Below are positions 28,295-41,722 of a DNA stretch of 64,000 nucleotides, piece by piece. The position numbers and the translations under genes were made by a program. A model generated the notes under the pieces. That model did no database searches. It had not been told where the DNA came from and saw nothing but the letters and a program-made list of their open reading frames with translations. How positions within the stretch are numbered: position 1 is the stretch's first letter; each line of letters starts with the position of its first letter. Source of the stretch: Octopus vulgaris (lineage: Eukaryota); contig OX597814.1 of assembly GCA_951406725.2 (NCBI GenBank), forward strand, positions 61,752,001-61,816,000, read 5' to 3'.

Positions 28295-30085
28295 CCTCTC
28301 TCTCTCCATTCTTCAAAATAAGGCATTCATCATTTTTCTGCCGAGACTATGGAATATTTACAGGATTCGCTGCACTTCAGCCATCCATCTCCGCTCGCTA
28401 TTCCTGGGAGGCTCGAGGGAGTACCTCCTCCATAGTATCCTATGAGAAGCAACCGTCATTAGACTTTCCAGCTGGATTCTCAAGCGTGACCAACTGAGAT
28501 TATAGATATTATCTAACCGCCTCCTACTCCTAGGTGTTCTGCCGGTTGGCTCAGTTTAAAAACTCCGCCTTGCAGTTCTTATTTTTAATATATTTCTCAG
28601 GAAACAATTTTTTATGTAACAATTTTTTCTATAATCCTTAATATACACCAGCAAAAGAACAACAACAACAAAACAAAAACAAAACTAGGTATACCTTTGA
28701 TTGTATGTCTGTTTGATGAGAGCTGAGTTAAGGTAAAACATCAACAACAGCAGCAGCAAAAATAACAACAACAATAATGGGAACAACGAGCAAGCGAAGG
28801 ACTTCTATGTAGTTGCTCGAGCTGGTAGAGATAGTAGCTAAATTCCGCTCGAATCACACTATAGCATTAGAAAAGGACACAGGAGATGATATAGTCCCAA
28901 CATGAAATATGACTTGCAAAATGATAGGACTGCCACGGTTTGAATACATCTGATCATACATTTACTTAATTAGGACTGACCTAAGGTTAAAACAACAATA
29001 ACAGTAGCAACAAGCAGAATAACAACTCGTATTTTCTCACATCAATTGGTTAGTGAATGAGGGGTAAGTATTCATGATCATTAAGGCGATCGATGAGCAG
29101 AATCGGTAGTATCGGACTAATGTCTTATTTCAAACGTTACTGTTCTCGGTGTAAATTTTGCTCAGATCAACCTTACATTTTATGCGTCTGCGGGTGATAC
29201 CAAAGTATCAATACTGAGTTCGATACTCCTCTCTTTCTCTCTCCCTCTCTCTTTCTCTCTCTCCACCCCTCATATACACGCGCGTTCAGAGGTCTATTAT
29301 AGTGTCCTCTCCTCTAAGAAATGGAGGCTGATTAAGTAAGGAGGAAGCAGCTCCTTTTCATCTAGCGTGCTGCAAAATCAGTCTCAAGAAACAAGAAATC
29401 AAGAAATATGATGGACGTGAACATACTGATGTGTTGTACGGTATGGAAGTATTTATTTTTTTAAAACCCTGATCCTCGCTTGTCTTCTCAAGACGGGTGA
29501 AATCATTTCAGTTGTTCATTTGGCACATCTGTCGGTCAGCATCCGAGAGAATTCAAGAAGGAACGGAGGAGATGTTGAGTATGATATCTGAGAAGTGACG
29601 AGGGGAAGGGAGAGACATGTGTATCGTGTGGGTCAATTATACACATACATCTAAGGACAGTGATAAATTTCCAAACTTCTGCTATATCGCATTTAGTTTT
29701 GTCATATGTACTTGTGTTTAATACAATCGCTTGTAGTTCTTGGTTTCATTTTCTCAAATCTATAACATAAGTATAAACTGCTTCTCTCAAAGTCTGCAAT
29801 ATAAGTACTGTTTGATTTTCCCATACGTTAGCATGGTACTTCTAATATGACAAATATGAATGGCATTCTATATATTTTTTTAAGTGAATATAAAAGTGCA
29901 CGCATTCATATACACAGACACACAAAGGCAAACATTGTATTTGTAGAAATAGGGAAGAGCTTTTCCTTCAAATATATATATCACAGACGCGATCATCTTC
30001 AAATTTCTTTTTTAATTTCGGTCTCATTTCCAAGGCAAGTGATTTGATCTCGGACAGTCTGTTGAAGATAAAACGGCGTGGAAAT

Positions 30086-30255
30086 CACATATTTACCATT
30101 CAAAAACACACACGCACAAAAAGACTGTTAACTTCACTTAAACATTTAATATTTGGGGTCAAAATTTTCGTCGCATTGACACGATTTCACTGCATCAGAT
30201 AAAAAAGTTAAGTAAAATTAACAGTTTTTGTGAGTTTTTGAATGGTTGGTATGTG
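30086..30255. repeat. Small imperfect inverted-repeat element
   Basis: cacatatttaccattcaaaaac...cacaaaaagactgttaacttcacttaa vs ttaagtaaaattaacagtttttgtgagtttttgaatggttggtatgtg, ~65-nt spacer. Confidence 0.7.
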
Positions 30256-30657
30256 TAATTGTTTCTTTCCCGTATTTCCCGTCTCTTAGTCTATCAGTCT
30301 ATTAATGAACGTTTTAAGACAAGCCTGCTGTCATTACCAGAGAAAATGTGACAATAATAATGGCATGATGTTCGCGCACTTTGGAATAGATCGGAAAAAT
30401 ATAGAAATACTATTGCATCTGATGAAATCATCAATGCCAAACCTAAAAATTATTATACAAAGGTTAAGTAAAGGAAATTATCAGGATTCATTTTATGTGT
30501 GATGTATCTGCATGTTGAATTTTGGTTTATATTTTGGTATTAGTAAAGCTTCCATACCTATTTTTTCGTATACATACACATGGTTTCGAGTTCAGCCCCA
30601 CTGCGTGGCACCTTCGAAAAGTGTCTTCTACTATAGCCTCGGGCCAACCAAAGCCTT

Positions 30658-31360
30658 AAATTCTTTAATAGGTTTGGCCTATCCATAATTATAGAAAACG
30701 AAAACTATTTAGATGCAAATTGTAACTTAAATACCGAACTCCATGTGCCTTATATAAAAGAAAACTCTACTTTAAGATATATAAATAAATCTAGTAACCA
30801 TCCGTCGCGAACAAAAAAAGCCCTACTACTAAATATAAGTAAAAGAATTTCAAACCTCTGCTCTAATGAAGAAACATTTAATAAACATTAAAAAAAATAC
30901 AATAGAGGCGCAGGAGTGGCTGTGTGGTAAGTAGCTTGCCAACCAACTACATGGTTCCGGGTTCAGTCCCACTGCGTGGCATCTTGGGCAAGTGTCTTCT
31001 GCTATAGCCCCGGGCCAACCAATGCCTTGTGAGTGGATTTGGTAGACGGAAACTGAAAGAAGCCTGTCGTATATATGCGTGTGTGTGTTTGTGTGTCTGT
31101 GTCTGTGCCCCTAGCATTGCTTGACAACCGATGCTGGTGTGTTTATGTCCCCGTCACTTAGCGGTTCGGCAAAAGAGACCGATAGAATAAGTACTGGGCT
31201 TACAAAGAATAAGTCCTAGGGTCGATTTGCTCGACTAAAGGCGGTGCTCCAGCATGGCCGCAAATGACCGAAACAAGTAAAAGAGTAAAAGAGAGAGAGA
31301 GTATAACACTAAAATGCAGGATATAAAGGTAAAATTAAATACCTCCCAATAATATTAACT
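30658..31360 (+). mobile_element. Penelope-like element RT C-terminal fragment, interrupted by a SINE
   Basis: 30661-30903 reads FGLSIII..NYLDANCNLNTELHVPYIKENSTLRYINKSSNHPSRTKKALLLNISKRISNLCSNEETFNKH*KKYN (PLE LD..PY.K.N..Y...SNHP motif) and resumes as AGYKGKIKYLP after the SINE. Confidence 0.78.
30906..31302 (+). mobile_element. Full-length tRNA-derived SINE (octopus OR-like family)
   Basis: A box tggctgtgtgg, B box ggttcagtcc, internal (GT)n, tail aagtaaaagagtaaaagag. Partial copies at ~30580-30656 and ~40455-40670. Confidence 0.85.
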
Positions 31361-33901
31361 ATAATAGCCAGGATAGAGTAACTACCACTCTGTTGCGAGG
31401 ATACGTATCAGATTTCCTGGTCCATGACCAACCACATTTATTTCTGCAGATTTTGAATTTGAAAATGTTCAGATTGAACACGAGGTATCTCACTCTTATC
31501 AGTTTGGAAAATCCTGAAAACGACAAGAACATTGTTCTTTCTCTCGTGAATAACGTATTGTAAAAAAAAGAAAAAAAGAAATATTTATATATGAGAAACT
31601 ATTTTCACTAGCCGTTCTTTAATTTGATTTCATTTGATAATATTCCACACGTCGTCATTCCATCCCATAATATATTCGTTGTTTTGAAATCCTGTTATCA
31701 GCCAAACATCATCTGTCAGCTCTTATCAAGTTATATAATTAGTATTATTGATTCCTTTTGTTGGCAAAGTTATCGTGATTCCCCTCCCCCACTCCTTCTT
31801 TATTGCTTTTCTATTATTTCTTCGAGTCGATCTCAATGATACAGGTCACACTGAACTTGAGTGGATCTTCTGCAAATATAATTACCTCCTTCTAAGCTCC
31901 AAACTATTTTGTCATGATGATATGACAATCACTCGCCTTCCTCTCTGATCAACGATGAAAGACGACAATTTGTTTGAGTCATTCAGCATTTCCTTAAGTT
32001 ATTTTGGAAGATTGAAAAATGTATTGCCAGTGAGACGCTATTTATATTAAAACAGAACCTGCTGGCGAATTATCCACTATTCATAAGACAAGGCAACTGT
32101 TTTATCAACAGTTCTTTTCTTTATCATCAATGTCAAATTTAACTAATATCTTGAAGCGGAGTATGCTTTTCTTACTTCTAGTTTTATTTATCTTGCTAAC
32201 ATCTACCAGGACACAAGCTGAAATATTTCAGTGAGACGTGAAGTTACTGGAGATATGTACCTATTGTAATATAGAGGAAATACTATAGATTCTCCCGTTC
32301 ATATCATGGTTATGTTCCAAATTTGAAATTAAAAAGTGTTGCAACACCCATTAGTGTTGAACCAAAATTTGTTTCAATAATCTATAATTTCGTCTTTGAG
32401 AAGATAGCCTGAATGGTAAATATAATCAAATGTCTAAGAGAGTATAGCAGCAACATTTTAAGTTGAAAGTCTCTCTGATTCATTGTTACTTCGCTACAAG
32501 ACACATCAGGAGCGAGCTTACAACATCGAAGCCCACACTTTTTTCTCACAGGGTTAAAGAGGGGAAAGCGAGATTTCTGTAATCAACTGTTTAGCTTTTT
32601 GTCTCTACCAATAAATTTGTTAATGTGACGACTGACATGAAGATAACCGGAGTATGTGATATCGTAATTTGATTGTTCCAACAACCCAAATTGAAGTCTG
32701 CTTTGGGGATTACTTTTTGTTACTGTGTTCTGTTAGTTTTATAGTAGTTGTACTTGCTGTTGTCACGAGGTTATGTTATTGTGGTTGAGGAGATAGATAG
32801 TTTGATATAGTCTGACTCAACAGAGAGCAAAGTAGTTAGATGAAGAATTTTAGAATTAACATTTGCTTATATTGTAGATGAATGTTAATTCTAAATGAGC
32901 ACGTCTGAAAGTAGTGGATACTGAAGTCAGCTTAACCTTTGTAGGTCAACTAACTCCGGAGTTTCGTTCTTAATACTTGTTTGTACTTGCTTGTATGTTT
33001 TTAAATTCATGAGTACATCCATTATTTTTTTAAATATGCGTCTATGTTCTACAATCAAATTTAGGACATAAAATATGTCCTTGGCAACTTCCTTCTCAGA
33101 ATATGTACAGTGTCTGTTGCTACAACATCCCGCTGTAAGCAGCACCAGCGAGGTATAAGCGCCAAGAGTTTCTCTAGACTGGTAAAGCTACTGATTATCT
33201 TCATGTTAAGGTGAAGATTTATCTCTCTTTCAATTAAATAGTATTGAAACTGAAGCTAATCACTAACTACGTAGATCACTGTCATGTTTTGCTCTGGTCT
33301 GATGAAGTTTAAACCTCAAATATGATCAAAATAATTTTATATGGCGAGTTTTGTTTTAAGCAGACGTATTGGGTTTAGTTGGAAAGAAGTCATAATGAAT
33401 TAAAATAGACACAGAATATTAATAGTTCATAATTTATATTATCTGCAATGGATATAAAGGCCAAAACTTATTCTATCGATACATTTCGTTGTAGTAAGTA
33501 GAGTTTCATCAGTGATTATGATGTAGTAAGGGATATGAGTTGGATGAAGTAGATTTAATAATGTTGCACTTGAAAGAAACTAAATATTTACACGTGTTCA
33601 GTCTAAAACTCAAATAGATGCTAAAAAATAGTTGATTGAATAACCTTTATTTTTACTTGGAATTCTGTGGTAATAATCGATGAAAATAAAATCAATAATT
33701 TAAAAGAAATCGTTGATCAATCACTGGGTCTGTATGTACACATAATATCTATTTACACCTATATGAATCGGTCACTTAGTAGTAAAGTGTACATGTTAGC
33801 ATCATGATAGCGTTGGTAATAGCATATGCACTCTGTACTCTCTGGTGAAATGTTTCACACTTTGATAGCCCTACTAAATCAACCAGGTGTATTTGTCAGT
33901 C

Positions 33902-33965
33902 TGCAACTATTAACAAACAGTATACTATTGTAAATACAGTAGTATACTGTTTGTTAATAGTTGCA
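33902..33965. repeat. 64-nt palindromic hairpin
   Basis: tgcaactattaacaaacagtatacta / tagtatactgtttgttaatagttgca: 26 perfect bp plus 5 more (one G-T), 2-nt loop. Confidence 0.9.
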
Positions 33966-34706
33966 CATATTCAATTCTTCTCTGATCATTTATTTCATTG
34001 TAGTTTGTTTGAAAATTATCATAGTAACTTTTAAAAGCTACTGATTACCTAATCTCTCAAATTTCTTAATCCAGATTTTCATGATCCAATAAGAATTCAA
34101 AAGAAATCATGAAATTCAAGTTATTGATTCCATGGCTATTTCACTATAGTAACAAACGATCATGACATTCCCTGCCGTATTCAGTTATGATACTGACTGT
34201 GCATACAACCTTTAGTATTATTTCAAGATCGGATTCTCCATCGAGTGTTTTCTTGAATGTTAAGAAAGTATTGATGTACAGGAATCAGATTTAAATTGAA
34301 ATTCAATAGATAGCTGATTGATATTAAAATTGAATAGCTTCTGTTTCGGTTTTCTATCAGCTGTCTTTACGAAATCCTGCACTCCACAATACCAACATAC
34401 AAAAGGTTTTGGAGATGTGCGTTTTAGCGCATTGTTTAGGAGTTATTAAGGATATTAACACTGCTTCTATTTCAATGTGTGTTTTTATCCCTTGTTGAAG
34501 GGAATAGATGGAGATTTTAGGGCATTATTGAAGTAAGGTTCCTGGAGGTGGGATATATATGAGAATAGATGTTGAAGGTGATTATTTTAATCCTGCAACA
34601 GAACTGTGAGGGTCTAAGTTTACTGTGTTGGTAACTGTGCTTCTCGTCTATCCAGGTGGTCTTTCATTTTCAGTATTTTTATCTCATTGTGTAGGTAATA
34701 TCATGA

Positions 34707-34739
<33 letters not shown>

Positions 34740-35467
34740 TGTGTGTGCTTGAGTGAGTATATATACACACACACGCTTTTATTTTTTCCGAAAGTATGGT
34801 GAAGAAGAATTTCGACAGTTGGAGCGACTGAGCACCCCTTTCCAGGGATGGCATCTGTTAATCAGGAAGGACCTAAAAGATAATCTAAACAAAGATTGTC
34901 TATTTTCTGGAAGTGACTAGCAACTCTGAAGCTGGTGGTTTTCCTTTCATGCGAGATGCAAAGTAACACCCAAGAAATTTACAATTTTCTAATAAGTGGT
35001 TGTATTTCGACATGAGTTGACTTCCAGCATGAAATTAATGAAAACATAAAGAGCAAAAATATTTTCCATACACAATAGGAAAATATTGTTTTTTCATACG
35101 TCAGTTTATATTTGCAGTCTTGTAGTTTTTTGCAAGATAGTTTTGTGTCAAGTCAATAAGTCATCTCTTCAGCTGCTAGGTCATTCTTTCAGTGGTCTCT
35201 GTGTGTGCTCTCGCAGCACTCTGTGTGGCAGCTTTTAGCGCTGTGTGTGCTCTTTCTTGCAGTTCTGGCGGTCTGCCTTAGATGTGGTGCTTTTATAGCA
35301 AAATATCGACTCAGAGAGACAGCTTCAACGGCTAGAATCTCTACAGGAGGTCAGCTCTAGACGGTGTTCCCAGTGGACAGATTTTCCTTGTTCTAACCAA
35401 TCGTGACATTAGATATAGTGACTAAATATTCCTGCTACACTCACACACACACACACACACACAGACG

Positions 35468-35505
<38 letters not shown>

Positions 35506-36226
35506 TATGCTTATGCGTATGACATGATGCTTATGTCTATGATATGTATACGTTGCGCTAATAATTATTTTATACACTTGATAATCGTGTATGCGTGCGT
35601 ATGTGTGAGTGAAAGAGAGAGAGATAGACAGACAGAGACAGAGAGAGAACGAGAAAGAGAGTTTGCATTATATTTTGGCTGAAAGCAAAAGTAGGAAGAA
35701 ATCCAGACAAGTGAATGCTTATCTCTGTAATTTTTAATATAATAGTGATAAAAGAGGTAACAGGTTATAGAAGAACCAAGCAAACATACATGATGGACCA
35801 TAATTAAATCAGTGAATATTCTTTTCTGGGGAAAGCTATCTGACTTCGTGAGTCATGGAGAAACTTCCCGTCAACGAAACACAAGTTCGGATTTCGAAAT
35901 TAGTAGACTGGGCTGTACAGGATGTCCATATGTTATTTTGATTGTCCCGTACCAGGTCATACGATGTGGCGGCTGTGTGACTTTAGCTGGTGTCGCGATT
36001 AGCCAGTAAGCTTTTTTTTAAATGTTCAAATTTGCAGGGTAGCTGACCTCTCGATATAACTGTACATAATACTCTTCTGTTCAAACAATAGCAGGCCTGG
36101 CATTGTTTGTTTTGGCGGAAGTATTGATAGGAATGTTCCAATAATATCCCTTATACCAACATTTATATATACCTCTATGTATGCCTGACTGGCTGACTGA
36201 ATATCTGTGTATGTACATATGTATCT

Positions 36227-36282
<56 letters not shown>

Positions 36283-36796
36283 CCCTTTAAAAGTGGGTTG
36301 GATGTTTACTCATTTATTCATTTATTACTATTTGTTATTATTTATTCTCAGTTCAACTCTTTCCAATAAAATCGAGATAAAATATTAAAAAAAAGTTATG
36401 CCAGTTCTGACCAAACCGCAATTTCTTTCAGATATATCATAAATGTGATGATATAGAACATTCCCTGTGAGGAAAATTGTCTTGATATTTGCGACAGGTT
36501 GAATGTCCACGTAATGGTTTCTCGTTTGGTACGAAAAGTCTCTGATTATGTAGAAAAGTTCATAAAATTTGGATGTGTTTATGCGATGGAAAGAACACCA
36601 TGTTGACATTTCGAGTCTGGCTCTTTGTTTGAGGAGAGAGAAAGAGAGCTAAAGAGAGAAGGAGATGGTGAGATAGAGAGATAAAGAGAGTAATACAAGA
36701 ATATTGATGGTGATCTGATTTGGCAAAGTTTCCTGAGATTTTATTCATAAATTTCGAACTTCACTTTACATTTTGCGTTTGTATGCATATATATGT

Positions 36797-37025
36797 TATT
36801 TCTTTACTGCCCACTAGGGGCTATACACAGAGGGGACAAACAAGGACAGACAAACGGATTAAGTTGATTACATCGACCCCAGTGCGTAACTGGTACTTAT
36901 TTAATCGACCCCGAAAGGATGAAAGGCAAAGTCGACCTGGGCGGAATTTGAACTCAGAACGTAACGGCAGACGAAATACGACTACGCATTTCGCCCGGCG
37001 TGCTAACGTTTCTGCCATCTCGCCT
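36797..37025 (-). mobile_element. OK-like SINE
   Basis: Near-identical to 25730-25958. Confidence 0.85.
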
Positions 37026-37028
37026 ATG

Positions 37029-37159
<131 letters not shown>

Positions 37160-37823
37160 GTATGCTTGTACCTGCATGCATTTGTGTGCACGCGCGTTTT
37201 ATGTTTCTCTGTGTGTGTTTTACGCGCGCGCGCGTTTGCTTCGTTACTTTGTCATAAGCAATTGTCAGCGTTTAATTATTTTTCCCAATGGAATTACTGG
37301 TTCTGAAATCTGTTTCAAGTAAAGTAATTCAGTTCAAACAAGTCAATCACATCCTCGAAGTATAAACTTCAAACCATTTAAAATGTTATTTTCCAGTGAT
37401 TATACAATAATATACAATTTCGCATTTAATAGTATCACTAATAGTTTTTTAGTCGATGAAATTATCCTTTTGCAGTTGTTTTTGTTATTTTGGTTTTGAA
37501 GTGAGAGAGAGAAGGGAGGTGACGATATCGGTTAGCTTCGTTGTTAATAGTGCCATGACTACGTCCAGTCTTTGGCTAATTCATTAACTCAATCCAACTA
37601 AAGACTGATGATTACTTCGTTCATTTGCTTAATTAATTCTTTTCACACTGTAGCAGACTTTAACACGTTTTCATGAAATCCGATTTAGTTTATTCAATTT
37701 ACGCCTTACTAAATTAATGTGAAGCTCTGCTCAAAGAGCTAGTGGTGCACTGTATGCAAATACAAGTACGCGCACGTACACGAACACACACACACATGTA
37801 CAACAGTCACTAACAATGTATTA

Positions 37824-37875
<52 letters not shown>

Positions 37876-37947
37876 ATATATATATGTATATTTATATACA
37901 CATGTACACATGTACAAGTGGTAAAGCTTCAAGTACATTTATAGCAC

Positions 37948-38012
<65 letters not shown>

Positions 38013-38202
38013 TGAAGTGGATAAATGAATTATCTTGTTACGGATTGTTCAAAAGATAACCGATACCTGGGTAGCAAAAATCACAACAGAAAAATCACGG
38101 TTGAGGTTACGACCGTGCCTTAGTGCGGAAATTTGAAGTTTTATATATTTAGTGTAGGAAGAAATGGAGCTGAACGAAGATTTAACAAAATTCCTTTTTA
38201 TT

Positions 38203-38288
38203 ATTTTCTACATATGTTTCAAAGGCTGCAAAGTCCTTAATTCGGATTGAATAAGGAGACAATTTTGCAGCCTTCTCTTCAGGAAAAT
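38203..38288 (-). ncRNA. Type I hammerhead ribozyme, mirror copy in the left arm
   Basis: Reverse complement of 38452-38537 with one change in the helix II extension; core intact. Confidence 0.85.
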
Positions 38289-38451
38289 CCAGGAACTTAA
38301 TTCTCCAACAAAATGCACAGCAAGCTTTTCGACAAACGCTCACGAGGAGCCCATGGGATAAAAATGTTTATCCCATTTTTATCCCATGGGCTCCTTGTGA
38401 GCGTTTGTCGAAAAGCTTGCTGTGCATTTTGTTGGAGAATTAAGTTCCTGG

Positions 38452-38537
38452 ATTTTCCTGAAGAGAAGGCTGCAAAATTGTCTCCTTATTCAATCCGAAT
38501 TAGGGACTTTGCAGCCTTTGAAACATATGTAGAAAAT
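38452..38537 (+). ncRNA. Type I hammerhead ribozyme (PLE-type, palindromic helix III)
   Basis: attttc-CTGAAGA-gaaggctgcaaa...tttgcagccttt-GAAA-catatg-TA-gaaaat: 6-bp helix I, 12-bp helix II base, intact core, predicted cleavage after GUA at 38531; AATAAA just downstream. Confidence 0.85.
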
Positions 38538-38588
38538 AATAAAAAGGAATTTTGTTAAATCTTCGTTCAGCTCCATTTCTTCCTACAC

Positions 38589-38658
<70 letters not shown>

Positions 38659-39439
38659 AAGTATGGGGATTTAGTTCAGAGGTGATCTAAACGATTAGGT
38701 ACGCTAGGTAAGTGCTGTAACGGATTACTAGGGATCCAAGGTTGTAGTCGAGACGGTAGTTATGGAGCTATTGCAGATTTCCGATATAGCGGATATATGA
38801 TTGTTAAAGTGGACAATAAACATTGCACCATCCCTTCCTCACAGTACATCAGACACAGGTATTGTGTCGATAACCAGATGTTTTCTTGGGGTTAAAATGT
38901 AATAACATAGTTCTGCATGAACAGCAGTATCGTTCAGTATCGTTACTACTTAAGTCTCATTTACAGATTTTAAAATCTATCTGTTTTATTCCTTACGAGA
39001 TCAACGGCTGTCTGTCGCTTCTCTGTTTATATATTGCAAGGTGGAGCGACTGTCATCTCTAGCTGGCAGTTATCCAGTGCCGAGGATGAGAAATAACTCA
39101 GAAACCACGGTCTACTGCTAATAGCTAGAATGGAATAGTACGCTCTCTTGCAAACAGTATATCAGACACAAGTCATGTGTCGTAACCAGCTGTAAAAGAT
39201 GTTTTCCTAGGGGTAAAAGGTACTATCATAGTTCTACGAAGAACAGTCACCTTACATTGGCAAATAAACTTTAGTGTTCAATATCGTTATTACTTAAATC
39301 TCATTTAGAGATTTTTAAACTAGCCATATATATGTATATAAACACACACACACACATACACAAATATATAGAATATTTTCATAATTACATGCATACATAT
39401 ATGCATACATTCACTCATACATGCATACAGACATAGCTT

Positions 39440-40097
39440 TGAGGAAGAGAGTAAGTCGGTTAGATCGACCCCTGTGTTCCACTGATACTTATTTTATTGA
39501 CTCGAAAGGGATGAAAGGCAAAGCCAATTTCGGCGGAATTTGAACTCAGAACGTAAAACCGGATTAAATGGCGCTAAACATTTTGCCCGGCGTGCTAACA
39601 ATTCTGCCAACTCGACACCTTAATGATACTGTAGGCGCAGTTACCTTCCCTGACAGTAGCTGTCTAAAGAGCTCGCCACTTGATGGCACAGCATGTAACT
39701 CTGAGGTACCGGCACTTAGTCCTTCTTCTTTGTTATAGCGACAGCAGCGTGCGAGGATGTGACCTCCTTTAGCTCTTGCATAAGCACGCAACAGCTAATA
39801 GACATTGAGCAGCTATGACGTAGGATACACAGAAGCTGAACATGACCTTTTACTTGTAGATACCTTTCATGTTTTATTCAACTTGTATATATTTGTAACG
39901 GAGTCGTTATTAAATGGTTTCACCACGTGAGACCATGACTATCTAAAATCCTTTCTATTATAAACATAAAGCCTGGAATTTGAGGGGAGTGGTAAGTCGA
40001 TCACATCGACCCTAGTACTTGACTGGTACTTTATTTTTCGACTAAATGCCGCCAAGCATTTTGTCCGACGTGCTAACAATTCTGCCAGCTCACCGAC

Positions 40098-40100
<3 letters not shown>
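39440..40100 (-). mobile_element. Two diverged OK-like SINE copies (~39440-39620 and ~39950-40100)
   Basis: aagtcg..tcgacc...actggtactt...gcccggcgtgctaacaattctgcca reverse-complement consensus. Confidence 0.7.
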
Positions 40101-40159
<59 letters not shown>

Positions 40160-40163
<4 letters not shown>

Positions 40164-40455
40164 GTCCTGATGCAGAACCAGGCAGTGGCTCTCATGGCTT
40201 TTGATCTTAACTGATTGAAAGTGTCATCATATACATTATTTTGTCTTGGTATAAAAGGTGGGCTACAGCAAATATTCTGCTCAATACCACAGATTTGCTT
40301 GTCAATTGTTTGATCTTAACCAGTTGAGCATGTCCCTTAGTAGCTGACAATATGTGCATCTCTGATCACGAGCAGAAGTAGTGGGGGAGCATCATAGCCA
40401 TGTGTTGAGAGGAATTCTTAGGTGTTTGGATAATTCACCCTTGAAAACATGGGTG
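40160..40455 (+). repeat. Truncated second copy of the (AAT)n-associated repeat, fused to an OR-like SINE 3' half
   Basis: High identity to 6076-6370; switches at aaacatgggtg to (GT)-rich SINE sequence. Confidence 0.8.
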
Positions 40456-40990
40456 TGTGTGTCGTTGTGTTTGTGTTTGGCTCCCATCACAGCTTGACAA
40501 CTGGTGATGGTGTGTTTGCATCCCCGCAACTTGGCGGTTCGGTGACCGATAGAATAATTATTAGGATTAAAAAACAAGTACTGGAGTCGATTCATTTGGC
40601 TAAAAATTCAAGGCGGTGCCTCAGCATGGCCGCAGTCTAATGACTTAAACAAATTCAAAATAAAAGATAAAAAGTGGCATACAAGTCTCCGAAAATTAGT
40701 ATAAATGATACAAATTTATCAATACTGTGTTGCGCAAGTTATTAGTGGATCATATATGCCCACCACCAGTGAACAAGTTCGTGGAAATTTGAAGTCCATT
40801 TTCTAAATACATTTCTCAGCTATTAAATGTTTTTCTGTAAAAATCTTTTCTTGCAAGTAAAATTGATGTTCGCATTAATTACTCGAACACACATCTTTGT
40901 GTGTGTGTGTATGCATATATGGGTATATATAAAAGTATATATATCTGTGTGTCTGTGTCTGTGTGAGTATTTGCATGAGTGTGTATATGT

Positions 40991-41084
<94 letters not shown>

Positions 41085-41722
41085 GCTTATATATATACAT
41101 GCATGCATATATATGCATATAGATGTATGTATATATATATATGTGTGTGTGTGTGTGTATGTATGTACAAATATATATTTGTATGTGTGCATGTTCATAC
41201 ACGCATATACATATACATATGTGCGCGTGCGCATCCACATATTGCTAATTTAGATATTATCTCTATTTGCATTGTGCACACACAAGTATTCAAAGCTTTT
41301 CTTGAAGCTAAATTAATATACTGAAGATGACAAAATTCAAACATACTTGTCCACTATTTGAATCCTTTTAAAAGAAATATACATCGTTTACTAATATCCG
41401 AAGTTGGAAGTGTTCCCATAGAAATACTAGATATGTTTTTGTTGTCATTATGGATGCTTTTTACTCAATCTTCCTTGCGGCGTTCCTTTATTTTTATGTT
41501 TCTCTCGCGATAATGCAATATCAACAATCTCTCCCTTCTACTGCTTCTATAAAAAGTTCTCTTGAAAAGAAAAAGAAATCGTTATATGCATCCTGTATAG
41601 TAGTTTTCCTAGTGAAACTTTCTACTACACTGTTATTACTCTAATGCATTACCACCAATTAATTGTACTAACACAGCTGTAATGTAATGCCAACGTTTTA
41701 ATGTATTATTACTGGTCAAAAT

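Larger units (their letters stand above)
38142..38598. repeat. Near-perfect inverted repeat (foldback), 225-bp arms, 7-nt spacer
   Basis: 38142-38366 is the reverse complement of 38374-38598 with 2 mismatches by eye (38237/38503 and 38344/38396); followed directly by (TA)n. Confidence 0.95.

Noticed and set aside
28200-28560. (CT)n followed by a short ATG ORF, possible promoter or first exon of the GPCR
   Set aside because: ORF stops after ~28 codons with no signal peptide or good donor site.
33290-33520. CTGATGA motifs at ~33299 (+) and ~33506-33512 (-)
   Set aside because: GAAA is missing or helices I/II do not pair; at best unrecognisably decayed hammerheads.
34990-35438. Possible solo LTR on the minus strand (TGTAGC start, TATAAAA); similar at ~42840-43400 and a Gypsy-like relic at ~15500-16400
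   Set aside because: Could not define both ends, TSDs or convincing protein motifs.
38313-38558. 81-aa ORF spanning the foldback centre
   Set aside because: By-product of the palindrome; no homology signal.
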